DNA from: Eledone cirrhosa
Taxonomy: Eukaryota
NCBI GenBank assembly: GCA_964016885.1
Contig: OZ024760.1
Location: 25,110,001-25,174,000 of the forward strand
Direction of reading: 5' to 3'
Length of the DNA stretch: 64,000 nucleotides
Shown here: positions 25,819-39,849 of the stretch, in pieces
Position numbering within the stretch: position 1 is the first letter of the stretch
How the letters are laid out: each line of letters begins with the position of its first letter
Program-made: the position numbers and the translations under genes
Notes under the pieces: generated by a model
The model's database searches: none
Told to the model about the DNA's origin: nothing
The model's input: the letters and a program-made list of their open reading frames with translations, nothing else

Positions 25819-27425
25819 TTTTCTTATATAGGAACAAGGCCAGCAATTTTTGGAGGAAGGGAAAGGGGATTAAATCGACCTCAGTGCGTGAGTGGTACTT
25901 TATTTTATCGACCACGTAAGAATGAAAGGCAAAGTTATCCTTGGCCGGATTTGAATTTAGAATGTAATATGCTGGGAACTGCAAGAACACTCCGATACGT
26001 CCTGAATATTTGAGGATGCAGGTAACGGCTTGATATTCATTTGAACAAACTTTCCAATTAAATAACTTCAATGACTAAGACGCAAAGAATGATAATGATA
26101 ATTGTTTCTATTTCTGGCACAAGGCCAGCAGTAATTGCAGTGTATTACTGGTACTTTATTTTATTGACCCCGTAAAGCTGAAAGGGAAAGTTAACCTCAG
26201 CGGGATTTGAACTCAGACCATAAAGGGCCGTAACTCTTTGCTGCAAAGCATGGCGTCCGACCATCTACTGATACTGTCAATCTAAATAATAATTGTTTCT
26301 ACTTTTTGGCACAAGGTCAGCAATTACCCAGTACATTACTGGTACTTTATTTTATCGACCCCGTAAGGCTGAAAGGCAAAGTTAACCTCAGCGGGATTTG
26401 AAATCAAAACATAAAGGGCCGTAACTCTTTGCTTCAAAGCATGGCGTCCGCCCCTAACTGATACTGCCGATCCAAATAATAATGAAGATAACGGTTTCTT
26501 TATTGGCCACAGGGAAACATTACAGAAGAAAAACATTACAGACGGCACAGAACGGTACAGAACGATACAAAGTGGGTTTTGACCGTGTTAAAATGGTTAT
26601 AACAAAAACCATAGAAATGTGTAGTAACAAATTAAACAATTCTAATAAGAAAAATTCTCCTATTGGGGGCTACCTCCGCGGGTCACACAAAAGATCACGG
26701 CCACCCGGACCGCCATGGCAAGTGCCCTCTCTCAGTTCTCCCACTGATAATAATAATACTAATAATAACAATGAGAATAATTGTTTCTAAATTTGGCACA
26801 AGGCCGGCAATGTTGAAGGGTAGTGGAAAATCGATTAAAATCAACCACAGCTCGTTACTGGTACTTTATTATATCGACCGCGTAAGGATGAAAGGCAAAG
26901 TTAACCTCGTCGGGATTTGAACTGAGAACGTAAAGGGATGTAACTATGTGCCGCAATACATGTTTTGCGACGCCCAACCGATGCTACCAATCTACCAATT
27001 TATGATAATAACTGTTTCTACTTTAGGCACAAGGCCAGCAATAACCCAGTGCATTACTGGTACTTTATTTTATTCGACCCCGTAAGGATGAAAGGCAAAG
27101 TCAACCTCGGCGGGATTTGAACTCAGATCGTAAAGGGACGTAACTATGCTGGAAAGCATGGCGTCCGACGCTCTACCGATTCTGCCAATCCACCGCCCTT
27201 ATGATAATAATGATTTCTAATATAGGCACAAGGCCAGAAACTTTGGGGGAGGGAAAGTCGATTAAATCGACTCCAGTGGGTTACTGGTACTTTATTTTAT
27301 CGACCCCACAAGGATGAAAGGCAAAGTTTACCTCGGAAGTATTGGAACACAGACTGTAAAGGGTTGTAACTCTATGCTGCAAAGCATGGTGTCCGTCTCT
27401 CTACGATACTGACAATCCACCACCC
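25819..27425 (-). mobile_element. Head-to-tail array of about 6 tRNA-derived SINEs, interrupted by LINE 3' ends
   Basis: Copies at about 25819-25965, 26101-26284, 26292-26474, 26781-26996, 27011-27198 and 27212-27425, separated by short (AAT)n. Confidence 0.9.
26490..26745 (-). mobile_element. Tx1-like 3'UTR fragment of the (ATT)-associated family
   Basis: TTTCTTTATTGGCCACAGGG terminus and GGCAAGTGCCCTCTC are shared with 2456-2700. Confidence 0.7.
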
Positions 27426-27513
27426 TATGATAATAAGAAGTCTCTCTAGTCTCTCTCTCATGTGTGAATATGTGTTTATGTTAATAGGCTTACATTCGGG
27501 TATCAATCTATCT

Positions 27514-28325
27514 GAACTGGCCTACCTGTTCGGGCGGACATTCAGCCCGGGACCCATGGATAACTTCCAGAGGTCCCTGGCCTGGCAGTGCTACCGAGAA
27601 AGGCTCTACAGACACGGGCGCCCGGGTAGGGACCCCTCGAAAAAGATCTGTCCCAGATGCGTGTGCGACGAGGAAACCGTTGCACACGCATTGGTACACT
27701 GCTCGGGCATTGCCGATCTGTGGAGCTATGTCGACCAACTGCTGTCAAGGGTGGAACCGATCCGGTTGACCACCGAGTCTATTGTAACGATCAAAAACGA
27801 AGGAGAGGCGGTGTTTCTGTGCGTAATAGCCATGGCGAAAGAGGTTGTATGGTGGACGCGTCTGAAAAGATGGAGGTCAGACACCTTTCTCTCTGGCCAA
27901 CAACTGGTCTGTTTCTTCCAATATCATTTCGGAAGAAGGATCAGGATGGAGAGAGAGGTGCTGACCCCAGCCGTTTTTATGAAAGATGGGTGAAAGTGGC
28001 GAGAATGGCCCGTGTGAATGTGCCTTCACTCTACCTCAGACTAGAGGTGAGGAAGATGAAAGATCAAGGGAGCACCTCCTCTCTGTGTTCCTGAGGAGAA
28101 GAGTTGCACACTTTTTTCGGGTGGGGGGGGGGGAGAACCCCCAAGGCGCCTCCTCCCTGTTGAGGATTTTGTTATTAAATTTATTTTTGTTATATTTTAT
28201 TTTATTTTTATATCTTGTTATTGCCTCCTCCTTATTGAGGACGTCTTTTTATGTAAACTTCCCCCCATTGTACTTGTCCCACTTGTTAATTCCCTGGTGG
28301 CAAATGAAAAGAAAGTTATCTATCT
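27514..28325 (+). mobile_element. 5'-truncated Tx1-like LINE 3' fragment in short (CTAT)n
   Basis: High similarity to 57471-58303. Confidence 0.92.
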
Positions 28326-28550
28326 ACAAAGTAAGTGTGGTAAGGAACCAGGTGGATATATAATAATGCACCAGAGTACTCGAGACTTATGGTAGTAGAG
28401 TGGGTAATAGGCAAAGAGTCAGGACCCCAACGGCTGAGCTCAGACCGTTTCGACAGCTAGATCCGAAGTGAATCGCCGGAATAACGCAATCTACTACCCC
28501 AAGTATCACTGGTGAGTAATTGTCTAACTGGTTTTTACTGTCTCTATTCT
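28326..28550 (-). mobile_element. Unclassified dispersed repeat (second copy 44725-44860), probable PLE pLTR remnant
   Basis: GTGGTAAGGAACCAGGTGGA..GTAGTAGAGTGGGTAATAGG..CGGCTGAGCTCA..CCGTTTCGAC is shared. The minus strand has a GAAAC-G-GTC half-hammerhead. Confidence 0.55.
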
Positions 28551-28552
28551 TA

Positions 28553-28609
<57 letters not shown>

Positions 28610-28611
<2 letters not shown>

Positions 28612-28977
28612 AAGTATCATTTTAGAAGGAGAATCAGAGTGGAGAGAGAGGCATTGTCCCCCAGTAAATTTACTGAAAGGTGGGTGAATGAAGCGAAAAT
28701 GGCTCGAGTGATTGGACCTTCTCTGTTTATAAGCCTGTAGGTTAAAGTAGAGAGCAAAAGGAAGAAGGGAGAAGTTGCACAACACGCTCCTGAAGTTGAA
28801 GGTTGTTCTATCGACGGGGTATTAAACAACTCATTTGTGGCGCCTACCCCCTATTGGGGATTTCGATTGTTAAATTTGTTTGTTTTAATAATATATTTAC
28901 ATAACTGTATGTAAAATCCCCGGCATGTGTCTTTGTTTTGTCCTCTTTTCTTGTGCGCCCTTGTGGCAAATACAGAA

Positions 28978-28980
<3 letters not shown>
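28610..28980 (+). mobile_element. Divergent Tx1-like 3' fragment flanked by (CTAT)n on both sides
   Basis: HFRRRIRVEREALSPSKFTERWV C-terminus; GCCCTTGTGGCAAATACAGAAA terminus. Confidence 0.85.
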
Positions 28981-29041
<61 letters not shown>

Positions 29042-29599
29042 GTCTATCTACCTAACTATATATCAATTTTATCTCTCTCTCTCTTTCTCTCTGTCTCTAT
29101 CTATCGATCGATCTACCTACCTACCTATCTATCTAAACATTTATCTATATATCTATCTAAAAATATAACATGGTCATTGTAAACACATTCAGGCGCGTCA
29201 ATGTTAACCCGATCCTTCACCCACCGAGCCTCCTCAGATAATTTCAATAAAATACACTAGAAGACATCACAGCTTGTTCTCACTAAACCTCACCTAAAAC
29301 TACAATAAAACAAAGATGAAAAACGAATGGACAATAAGAAAACTCTAATAAAATGCTTTTATTGTCGTTATTTTCTCTATGTCCGTTTCTTCAGACGGCA
29401 AGGGCGATTACCTTGCTAATGTAGTCAGAGGTATTATCTAAGACAAAAGATTAAAGAAAATGTCATGAGCTTAGATTTAACACAGGTGTGTGATTTAACA
29501 AAGATCAGTGTAGCTGATACCATGGCAACACAATACGATAACCGTTATCAACAAACAGAAAGGAAATTGGTCTCTCCCACCCTCTTTCTTTGTAAGTAA

Positions 29600-29602
29600 T
29601 TG

Positions 29603-29659
<57 letters not shown>

Positions 29660-29719
29660 CCATATATATATATTGATATATGTAAATATATATATGTATA
29701 TATATGTGTATATATATAA

Positions 29720-29790
<71 letters not shown>

Positions 29791-29905
29791 AATATATATA
29801 TATATATACTTATAAATATATACATATATATACATATATATATATTTACATATATCAATATATATATATGTATATATATGAAAACATATATATATATATA
29901 TATAA

Positions 29906-29966
<61 letters not shown>

Positions 29967-30068
29967 CTTATAAATATATACATATATATACATATATATA
30001 TATTTACATATATCAATATATATATATATGTATATATATGAAAACATATATATATGTATATATATGAA

Positions 30069-30119
<51 letters not shown>

Positions 30120-30213
30120 ATATATATATATATACATGTATACACATACATATATATACTTATATATATATATACATATATACATATATTATATGTATAT
30201 AGGTATATAAACA

Positions 30214-30284
<71 letters not shown>

Positions 30285-30430
30285 GCATATATATATACAT
30301 ATATGTGTGTGTAGAGAGAGATAGATAGAGAGAAATAGAGTGTTGGGGTGGGGGGTATGAGGTAGATATTTAGATAGGTAGGTAGATAAATACCCACATA
30401 CAGGCCTATTAACAAAAGCATATATATATG

Positions 30431-30491
<61 letters not shown>

Positions 30492-30706
30492 CATATATAT
30501 ATATATATATATATATAAACGAAAAAAATGAAACGAAATTTCGTTTCCCATTCTTAGTACGGCTGTTACTTAAATATAAATATGTACACGTACGTACATA
30601 TATGTATACAGACGTATAGTAGTATGTACATATATATACATACATTCACACATATATATGTGTGCATGTATGTATATATATGTACATACTACTGTATATA
30701 TATATT

Positions 30707-30796
<90 letters not shown>

Positions 30797-30808
30797 CATA
30801 TATATATT

Positions 30809-30906
<98 letters not shown>

Positions 30907-30912
30907 TATATT

Positions 30913-30960
<48 letters not shown>

Positions 30961-30966
30961 TATATT

Positions 30967-31026
<60 letters not shown>

Positions 31027-31049
31027 CATATATATATTTATATATATAC

Positions 31050-31110
<61 letters not shown>

Positions 31111-31133
31111 CATATATATATTTATATATATAC

Positions 31134-31210
<77 letters not shown>

Positions 31211-31225
31211 CATATATATATATAC

Positions 31226-31280
<55 letters not shown>

Positions 31281-31288
31281 TATATATA
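29600..31288. repeat. Long (TA)n/(TACA) microsatellite region
   Basis: Direct reading. Confidence 0.95.
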
Positions 31289-31945
31289 GTTTACATAATT
31301 TACATAAATCTTTCGTTGCACATCTGCAACATCGTCAGTGGTGTTATATTTTCCTCCTGTTGTGTTGTATGTCTACGCCATTTTTTATTCAGTCTGTCTA
31401 TATATTTATTTATTTATTTGCTTATTTGTTTATTTTATTTTGTCTTCTTTGCGCATGCGTTTGCGTGCGTGTATAGTTTTATGTTTGCTGTGTGACTAGT
31501 GTGTATAGTGTTATGTTTGCTGGGTGACTAGTGTGTGTTTATGTGCTTGTTTTTATTGTGCTTGTGTATGTATTTATTTATCTTATTTTATTTACTTATT
31601 TATACTTCTCTTAGATCAGTGTTGTTTGTTTGGGTGTTGTTGTTATTCCACTCATTCTTTCTGTTTTGCTTTGGTCTTCTAATTTCTATTTCACTGGCCT
31701 CTCTGATTTGCCTATCTGCTGGGTCATTTCTATGTTTAGATATTATTCTAATTTCTATGTTGTCTATGTTACCGTAATGTTGTTGTCTAGCATGTTCGTA
31801 TAGTACTGACCCGTTTGTTCGTCCTTTTAGTTCCCCCCAGTGTTGGTCTATCCTTTCACCTATGCTACGAGCTGTCTCACCTATGTTTGTTGTTGTCATG
31901 TTTCTGCAAGTACCCTCTGTACATCTTATGCTAAAAAACCTCGCT
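31289..31945 (-). mobile_element. PLE second-family fragment (GIY-YIG C-terminus plus pLTR, hammerhead-like core at 31311-31340)
   Basis: ORF 31600-31899 (IGETARSIGERIDQHW); homologous to 16590-17250. Confidence 0.85.
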
Positions 31946-32379
31946 AAACTATATATATATATATATATATGCTTTTATTAATAGGCCTGTATGTGGGTAC
32001 CTACCTATCTAAACATCTACCTTATGGCCCCACCCCAACTATCTCTCTCTCTATCTCTCTCTACACACACACATATATATATATATACAGACACACACAC
32101 ACACGAAATATTCATATTATACTATATACAGAATTTCCAATAAGTTTTCATTTAATAAGAGGCCACGTTACCACGTGATGACACCTACTATCGTTAAACC
32201 CTGAACTATGCTGAAATTGTGACATTAAATCATAGATTTCGTTCAGGCTTAATGAATATTAATATTATACGATCCGCCATTAAATGAATTGAAAAATAGA
32301 AAACGAAAAAATAATGAGAAAAAACGAGGAAATGTGGGGGACTGCAACGGAACGAAGGAAGTAGCATACGTATATTTTA

Positions 32380-32411
32380 TGTATATATATATATATGTAT
32401 ATATGGATGTA

Positions 32412-32501
<90 letters not shown>

Positions 32502-32795
32502 TATATAAACATATATATATATATATGTATTTACGTGTATATATATATATATATATATACATAAATATATATATATATATATATAAATATGTAAATATAT
32601 GTATGTGTGTGTGTGTGTATATATATTAGTATATACATATATATATATGTATGTATACAGTAATCTGTTAACAACTGTTACATTCTCCACACGACTATTT
32701 ACATAATGTCAAATTTAATTTATACACAAACAGGCTTGATCCTTGATATTCATACAATATCAGCCATATTGAATTTCACTGTATGAGGTATTAAG

Positions 32796-32826
<31 letters not shown>

Positions 32827-33017
32827 CTAGTGTATATACATATGTATTTACATATATACTAGTGTATATATATATGTATTTACATATATACATACATATG
32901 TACGTATGTATGATTGTACCTACATATATATATATATATGTATATATACTAGTGTATATATATATATGTATTTATATATATACATATATATGTATGTATG
33001 TATGATTGTACCTACAC

Positions 33018-33048
<31 letters not shown>

Positions 33049-33118
33049 CTAGTGTATATATATATATATATATGTATTTACATATATACATACATATGTA
33101 TGTATGTATGATTGTACC

Positions 33119-33187
<69 letters not shown>

Positions 33188-33228
33188 TTACATATATACA
33201 TACATATGTATGTATGTATGATTGTACC

Positions 33229-33290
<62 letters not shown>

Positions 33291-33396
33291 CATGATTGTA
33301 TCTACACACATATATATATAAAGCTATAGAGAGAGGGAGAAAGTGTGATATACATGCATATATTTAAACTAATACATGCATATATGTATATATATA

Positions 33397-33445
<49 letters not shown>

Positions 33446-33635
33446 ATATATACATATATATATATATTTTTTTACATATATATATTTATGTGTTGATATG
33501 TGTGTGTATATAATACACATTTTCACGAAGATCATGACTTGTGTTAAAGTTTGATAAATACTCTCTCAATAGGACATTCGCAATAATGATAGTATTAGTT
33601 TAACTGTAAGTAATATATGTGTGTATAATTATATA

Positions 33636-33722
<87 letters not shown>

Positions 33723-33729
33723 TTGTGTG

Positions 33730-33794
<65 letters not shown>

Positions 33795-33959
33795 ATATCT
33801 GGTCTATGTAGCTATCTATCAATCTATCTCTCGCCCTTTATCTCTCTCGCTCTCTCTATCTCTCTATATTTCTATCTCTAACTATCTAGCCATATCTAAA
33901 CCCTCAGGCTTACATTGAATGGGGAACGTGCATACAGACATACATACACACAGAGGAAC

Positions 33960-34043
<84 letters not shown>

Positions 34044-34160
34044 CGAGAGAGAGTGAGAAAGGGAGAGAGGGTGAGAGAGAGTGAGGGGGAGGTGTGAGAT
34101 AGATAGAAATATAGGGATATATATATATTGATAGCTGTATAGATTCCCAGAAAATGTTGT

Positions 34161-34224
<64 letters not shown>
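32380..34224. repeat. (TA)n/(TG)n/(GA)n microsatellite region
   Basis: Direct reading. Confidence 0.9.
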
Positions 34225-34225
<1 letters not shown>

Positions 34226-34228
<3 letters not shown>

Positions 34229-34345
34229 CGTGTGGCTTAGTGGTTAGAGAATTGGATTCACAATCTTGAGATTGTGAGTTCAATTCCTGGACCGGGCGAT
34301 GCGTTATGTCCTTGGGCAAGACACTTTATTTCACGTTGCTCCATC
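34226..34345 (+). mobile_element. tRNA-derived CORE-like SINE 5' part
   Basis: TGGCTTAGTGG (A box), GTTCAATTCC (B box), TGTCCTTGGGCAAGACACTT. Confidence 0.8.
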
Positions 34346-34937
34346 TACCTGGAGTTGCGACCGATAGATAGTATTAGCAACTGGAAAGACCGATTTGACG
34401 AAAGTCGATCGACTAAAAAAGACATCATATAAACATATATAGATATACATATATACATTATATTATATTAAATAAAGTACCAGTAATACACTGGATAATT
34501 TGCTGGCCTTGTGCCCAAAGTAGAAACAATTATATTATATTATATTATATTATATTATATATATATACATCGGTGGATTGGCAGTACCGGCAACCGCTCT
34601 GTATAATAAGTTCCTGATTATTACTAGAATTTTATAAGAATCAAACATTCATAATTTTCAGAAAACAGGTTAAACAAATTAGCTTTGATAAGTACCAAAA
34701 GGTACGAAACAGAACTCTGTCAGCTTTATCTCCCCTGTTTGCTGAAAATTTAAAGTAAGTGAGACTGTCACTACTCTAAAACACTAGCGTAAGGTCTTCG
34801 AAATGCTTTTAATTAAGCATAAGGTGTATTGCAAAATACACTATATATACATTCATATATATATATATATATATATATTTCGTTTCTGAATTTGTTTAGC
34901 AAGATTCTTTATCTGAAAACGTGTGTTGAAACCGATA

Positions 34938-35495
34938 TTGTTATACTTTGGGAGGGTCATGTTGCCAATAGGAAACACACGCACCAATCGCTTTCACTTC
35001 AATTTATTATAATAGATTTATAAATTTAGGAATTTATAAATTTCCGGTTGGTTGGTTGGTTCCACAACCAGATGATTGTTCATATATTGTCAAAGTTCTT
35101 TCGTCACACATTCTGTGACCTCTTCAGTGACTTGGGATTCTTTTCTTTGTTTTTGTGCCTCTCCTTTGTTCTGACCTACGCCATCCTGTTTTTGTGTGTG
35201 TTGTGTGCTTAGTTTGCGCATGTGTTACATCCGGGTGTCTGTGTGTATTTATATTTGTTCATTTATTTGTTTATTTACATGTTACTGGTTGGTTGTTTGT
35301 TCTATGTGTGGGTGTGTTTTCATTTTGTCCTTAATTGTAAGTTGTGATGTTGCTGTTCCATTGATGTTTTCTATTTAATTTTGGTTGGAGTTCATTTATG
35401 TTTATTGCCTCTGTGATTTGTCTAAACATTGCGTCTTTTCTGTGTGTAGATTCTATTTATATTTCTATGTTCTCTAATTTACCCTTATGTTCTCC
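34938..35495 (-). mobile_element. Divergent relative of the second PLE family (pLTR and ORF end)
   Basis: GTTATACTTTGGGAGGGTCAT terminus as at 45462; hammerhead at 35089-35131. Confidence 0.7.
35089..35131 (-). ncRNA. Minimal hammerhead-like motif
   Basis: GTCA-CTGAAGA-G-GTCACA(GAATG)TGTGAC-GAAA-GAA-CTT^TGAC; stems covary with 17205-17246. Confidence 0.7.
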
Positions 35496-35504
35496 CAATA
35501 CATC

Positions 35505-35643
35505 ACTGGTGCTTTATGTTATCGACCCCGTAAGGATGAATAGCAAAGTTAAGCTCGGCGGGATATGAACTCAGAATGACAAGGGCCGTAACTCTATGCG
35601 TCAAAGCATGGGGTCCGACCCTCTGACGATACTGCCAATCCAC
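35505..35643 (-). mobile_element. tRNA-derived SINE (3'-truncated)
   Basis: Same head and central domain as the other copies. Confidence 0.85.
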
Positions 35644-35749
35644 ATAATTATAATCTTGTCTGAGGAACGAACCCGATCTTTCTTGCAAGACTCATCCAGT
35701 TTCTTGAAACCTTCGGTAATGAAATGATAATACAGGGGAGGGAAAAGAA

Positions 35750-36005
35750 AAGTAAGAAGAAGAAGAAGAAGAAGAAAAAGTAAAAGAAGAAGAAGAAGAA
35801 GAAGAAGAAGACGAAGAAGAAGAAGAAGAAGAAGAAGAAGAAGAAGAAGAAGAAGAAGAAGAAGAAGAAGAAGAAGAAAAAGAAGAAGAAGAAGAAGAAG
35901 AAGAAGAAGAAGAAGAAGAAGAAGAAGAAGAAGAAGAAGAAGAAGAAGAAGAAGAAGAAGAAGAAGAAGAAGAAGAAGAAGAAGAAGAAGAAGAAGCAGA
36001 AGGAG
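35750..36005. repeat. (GAA)n microsatellite, about 80 units
   Basis: Direct reading. Confidence 0.97.
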
Positions 36006-36275
36006 TAGGATGATAATAAGAAGGTAATTGTTATTAGAAGATCCGATATAGGACAACTATTGTGTGAAATAAAGAGGAAAGAAAATCAATAAGCAACATC
36101 ATTGGATAGGAAACAATATGTGTTGATGAATGTAGGGAAAAGATTTATAGAAGTTTTATACAAGCGAGAAGAATGTTTGGATTATAGAAGTAAAATGGCT
36201 GACATGATGACAACCATTGTCGGCTATTGTGACAGCTGCTACAGAATTAAGATAGACAGTATTTCAAAATCCTCA

Positions 36276-36825
36276 GATTACTGTTGTTATCGTTGCTGTT
36301 ATTATTTTTATTGTAAGTTTTAGCAGCAACAGCCACAACAGCCACAGCAATAGCAACAACAATAACAGCAACGGTAGATATATCTAGTGCCATTGGCGCT
36401 AAGGGCTGCATCCCTACTCACCACCATTGGCACAGAGTTGGCTATCCGAAGGTGTGAGATTCACCAGCTGGAATAGCTCCTCCAACGCGATTCCTTAACT
36501 ATCCTCTTGGGTAAACCCCTTCTCTATTCTACTCGCCGGATCCGTGGGGGTCGGCCAGCGCATTGGCCACCATTTTCTCATAAAAGTTAAGATTACTGTT
36601 GTTATTGGTGTTGTTATTATTTTTCATTGTAGGTATTAGCAGCAACAGCAACATCAATAACAGCAGCAATAGAGAAACCTGGTGTCCTTGGTCCTAATGG
36701 CTGCATCCTTACTCACCACCATTGGCACACAGTTGGATACCCGCAGGTATGAGCCTCATGAGCTGGAAGGGCTCGTCCAATGCGTCTCCCTCACTATCCT
36801 CTGGGCTAAACCCCTTCTCTATTCT
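36276..36825 (-). mobile_element. Two diverged tandem copies (about 315 bp period) of a possible RTE-type LINE 3' end
   Basis: The duplication is seen directly (36276 vs 36591). The minus translation RRGLPKR...AALSANGTR only weakly resembles RTE C-termini. Confidence 0.4.
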
Positions 36826-38835
36826 GCTAACCAGCCAATCCACCAGCTTCACATCTTATCCAGCATTCTACCGATACTGCTAAACCACCAGCCTCACATT
36901 TTATCCGGCATTCTACCAATACTGCCAATCCACCTGCTTCACATCTTATCCGGCATTCTACCGATACTGCCTCACATTTTGTCCGGCATTCTACCAATAC
37001 TGCTAATCCACCAGCTTCACATTTTATCCAGCAATCTACCAATACTGCTAATGCACCAGCTTCACATTTTGTCCAGCATTCTACCAATACTGTTAATCCA
37101 CCATCCCCGCATTTTATCCGGCATTCTACCAATCCTGCTAATCCATTGACCTCATTTTATCCGGCATTATACCAATACAGCCAATCCACCAGCTTCACAT
37201 CTTATCCGGCATTCTACCGATATTGCTAATCCACCAGCTTCACATTTTATCCGGTATTCTACCAATATTGCTAATCCACCAGCTTCACATTTTATCCGGC
37301 ATTCTACTAATACTGCTAATCCGCCAGCTTCACATTTTATCCGGCATTCTACCAATACTGCTAAGCCGCCAACTTCACATTTTATCCGGCATTCTACCAA
37401 TACTGCTAATCCGCCAACCTCACATTTTATCTGGCATTCTACCAATACTGCTAATCCGCCAGCTTCACATTTTATCCGGCATTCTACCAATACTGCTAAG
37501 CCGCCAACCTCTCATTTTATCCGGTATTCTACCAATACTGCTAATCCGCCAGCTTCACATTTTATCCGGCATTCTACCAATACTGCTAATCCGCCAGCTT
37601 CACATTTTATCCGGCATTCTACTAATACTGCTAATCCGCCAACCTCACATTTTATCCGGCATTCTACCAATACTGCTAATCCGCCAACCTCACATTTTAT
37701 CCGGCATTCTACCAATACTGCTAAGCCGCCAACTTCACATTTTATCCGGCATTCTACCAATACTGCTAATCCACCAGCTTCACATTTTATCCGGCATTCT
37801 ACCAATATTGCTAATCCACCAGCTTCACATTTTATCCGGCATTCTACCAATAGTGCTAATCCACCAGCTTCACATTTTATCCGGCATTCTACCAATACTG
37901 CTAATCCACCAGCTTCACATTTTATCCGGTATTCTACCAATACTGCTAATGCACCAGCTTCACATTTTGTCCGGCATTCTACCAATACTGTTAATCCACC
38001 ATCCCCGCATTTTATCCGGCATTCTACCAATCCTGCTAATCCATTGACCTCATTTTATCCGGCATTATACCAATACAGCCAATCCACCAGCTTCACATCT
38101 TATCCGGCATTCTACCGATATTGCTAATCCACCAGCCTCACATTTTATCCGGCATTCTACCAATAGTGCTAATCCACCAGCTTCACATTTTATCCGGCAT
38201 TCTACCAATACTGCTAAGCCGCCAACTTCACATTTTATCCGGCATTCTACTAATACTGCTAATCCACCAGCTTCACATTTTATCCGGTATTCTACCAATA
38301 TTGCTAATCCACCAGCTTCACATTTTATCCGGCATTCTACTAATACTGCTAATCCACCGGCTTCACATTTTATCTGGTATTCTACCAATATTGCTAATCC
38401 ACCAGCTTCACATTTTATCCGGCATTCTACTAATACTGCTAATCCACCGGCTTCACATTTTATACGGCATTCTACCAATACTGCTAAGCCACCAGCTTCA
38501 CATCTTATCCGGCATTCTACCGATATTGCTAATCCACCAGCCTCACATTTTATCCGGCATTCTACCAATAGTGCTAATCCACCAGCTTCACATTTTATCC
38601 GGCATTCTACCAATACTGCTAAGCCGCCAACTTCACATTTTATCCGGCATTCTACCAATACTGCTAATCCACCAGCTCACATTTTATCCGGCATTCTACC
38701 AATACTGCTAATCCGCCAGCTTCACATTTTATCCGGCATTCTACCAATACTGCTAATCCGCCAGCTTCACATTTTATCCGGCATTCTACCAATACTGCTA
38801 ATCCATTCACCTCACATGTTGTCCTGTGATCTACC
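36825..38835 (-). repeat. 45-bp minisatellite (about 44 units) derived from the SINE tRNA-like head
   Basis: Unit (minus) GGTGGATTAGCAGTATTGGTAGAATGCCGGATAAAATGTGAAGCT vs SINE head GGTGGATTGGCAGTATCGGTAGAGGGTCGGACGCCATG. Confidence 0.92.
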
Positions 38836-38874
38836 GATGCAGCTACTCCATTAACCATATTACCACTACTAATA

Positions 38875-39080
38875 CTGTTTTCTGATTTAAGCACAAGGTC
38901 AACCATTCTGGGGAAGAGAGACATGACCCCAGTGCGTTTCTGGTACTAAAATTTATCAACCTCCTCAGGATGAACAGGCATTGTTAACAATGGCGGGATT
39001 TGAACTCAGAACGTAAAGGGACTTAACTATATTCCACAAAACTTCTCCCAGGACGCTCTACTGATATTGCCAATCAGCCG
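38875..39080 (-). mobile_element. Diverged tRNA-derived SINE
   Basis: GCACAAGG, CTGGTACT, GGGATTTGAACTCAGAA and GCCAATC motifs. Confidence 0.8.
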
Positions 39081-39212
39081 GCCTCACCACCACTACTAAT
39101 AATAGTTACGGACTTAGACTCAATTGTTTTACCCAGGGTCAGTAAATAGTTTAAGGAAGGGAGAATCCCTTGTATCCACTCCAGTGAATGACTGGTCATT
39201 ATTTAGGCAACC

Positions 39213-39402
39213 CGGCGGTGGATTGGCAGTATCGGTAGAGGGTCGGACGCCATGTTTTCCAGCATAGTTACGTCCCTTTTTGATCTGAGTTCAAATCACG
39301 CCGAGGTTGACTTTGCCTTTCATCCTTACGGGGTCGATAAAATAAAGTACCAGTAATGCACTGTGTAATTGCTGGCCTTGTGCCTAAAGTAGAAACAATT
39401 AT
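39213..39402 (+). mobile_element. tRNA-derived SINE inserted within an older minus-strand SINE (about 39130-39540)
   Basis: Full head-to-tail motifs. Flanked by a similar ATT(T)TA(G)GCAACCCGG sequence (about 39198-39215 and 39399-39416), a possible TSD. Confidence 0.85.
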
Positions 39403-39849
39403 TTTAGCAACCCGGGAAAAATGAAAGGTAAAGTTGAGCCCGGGGCGATTTGAACTGAGAACGTAAAGGGACCTAACTGTACGCCGCAAAGCATTTTGTA
39501 CAACGAGACACTTTACCGATTAAGCTAATTCCCCAGCCCGAAATGTAGTAAATATAGTAATGTTAATACTTAGAGACGATAGGGAGTTTGCGACGAAAGA
39601 TTCTCAAATAACCCGGCTTTACAGCTTTACAGATATTTGTGTGTGAGGGAAGTGACATGGAAAACAACAACATATACAAAAGCAAATGCATGAAGTATTT
39701 CCCAAATATAGAACTGTCAACTTACAGGTTGCATATGAATGAACTACACGAGATACAGTAATACAGGGTCTCCTTCGAAATATGTATACACGGTTTGAAT
39801 GTCGGCTAAAACTATGTTTATATATAAAGACTAACGTATGTCTTGAGAT

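Noticed and set aside
29500-34300. Many YI/IY-repeat ORFs (also at 14.6-15, 17.7-18.3 and 48-50 kb)
   Set aside because: Translations of (TA)n microsatellites.
34226-34300. Functional tRNA genes at SINE heads (also 61793, 63226, 20972)
   Set aside because: A and B boxes are present, but there is no acceptor stem and the sequence continues into SINE body.
36825-38835. CRISPR-like array, or a 15-aa repeat protein (LIHQLHILSGILPIL / VECRIKCEAGGLAVL)
   Set aside because: Units are contiguous with no unique spacers, there are no cas genes, the context is eukaryotic, frameshifts break the ORFs, and the unit derives from a SINE head.
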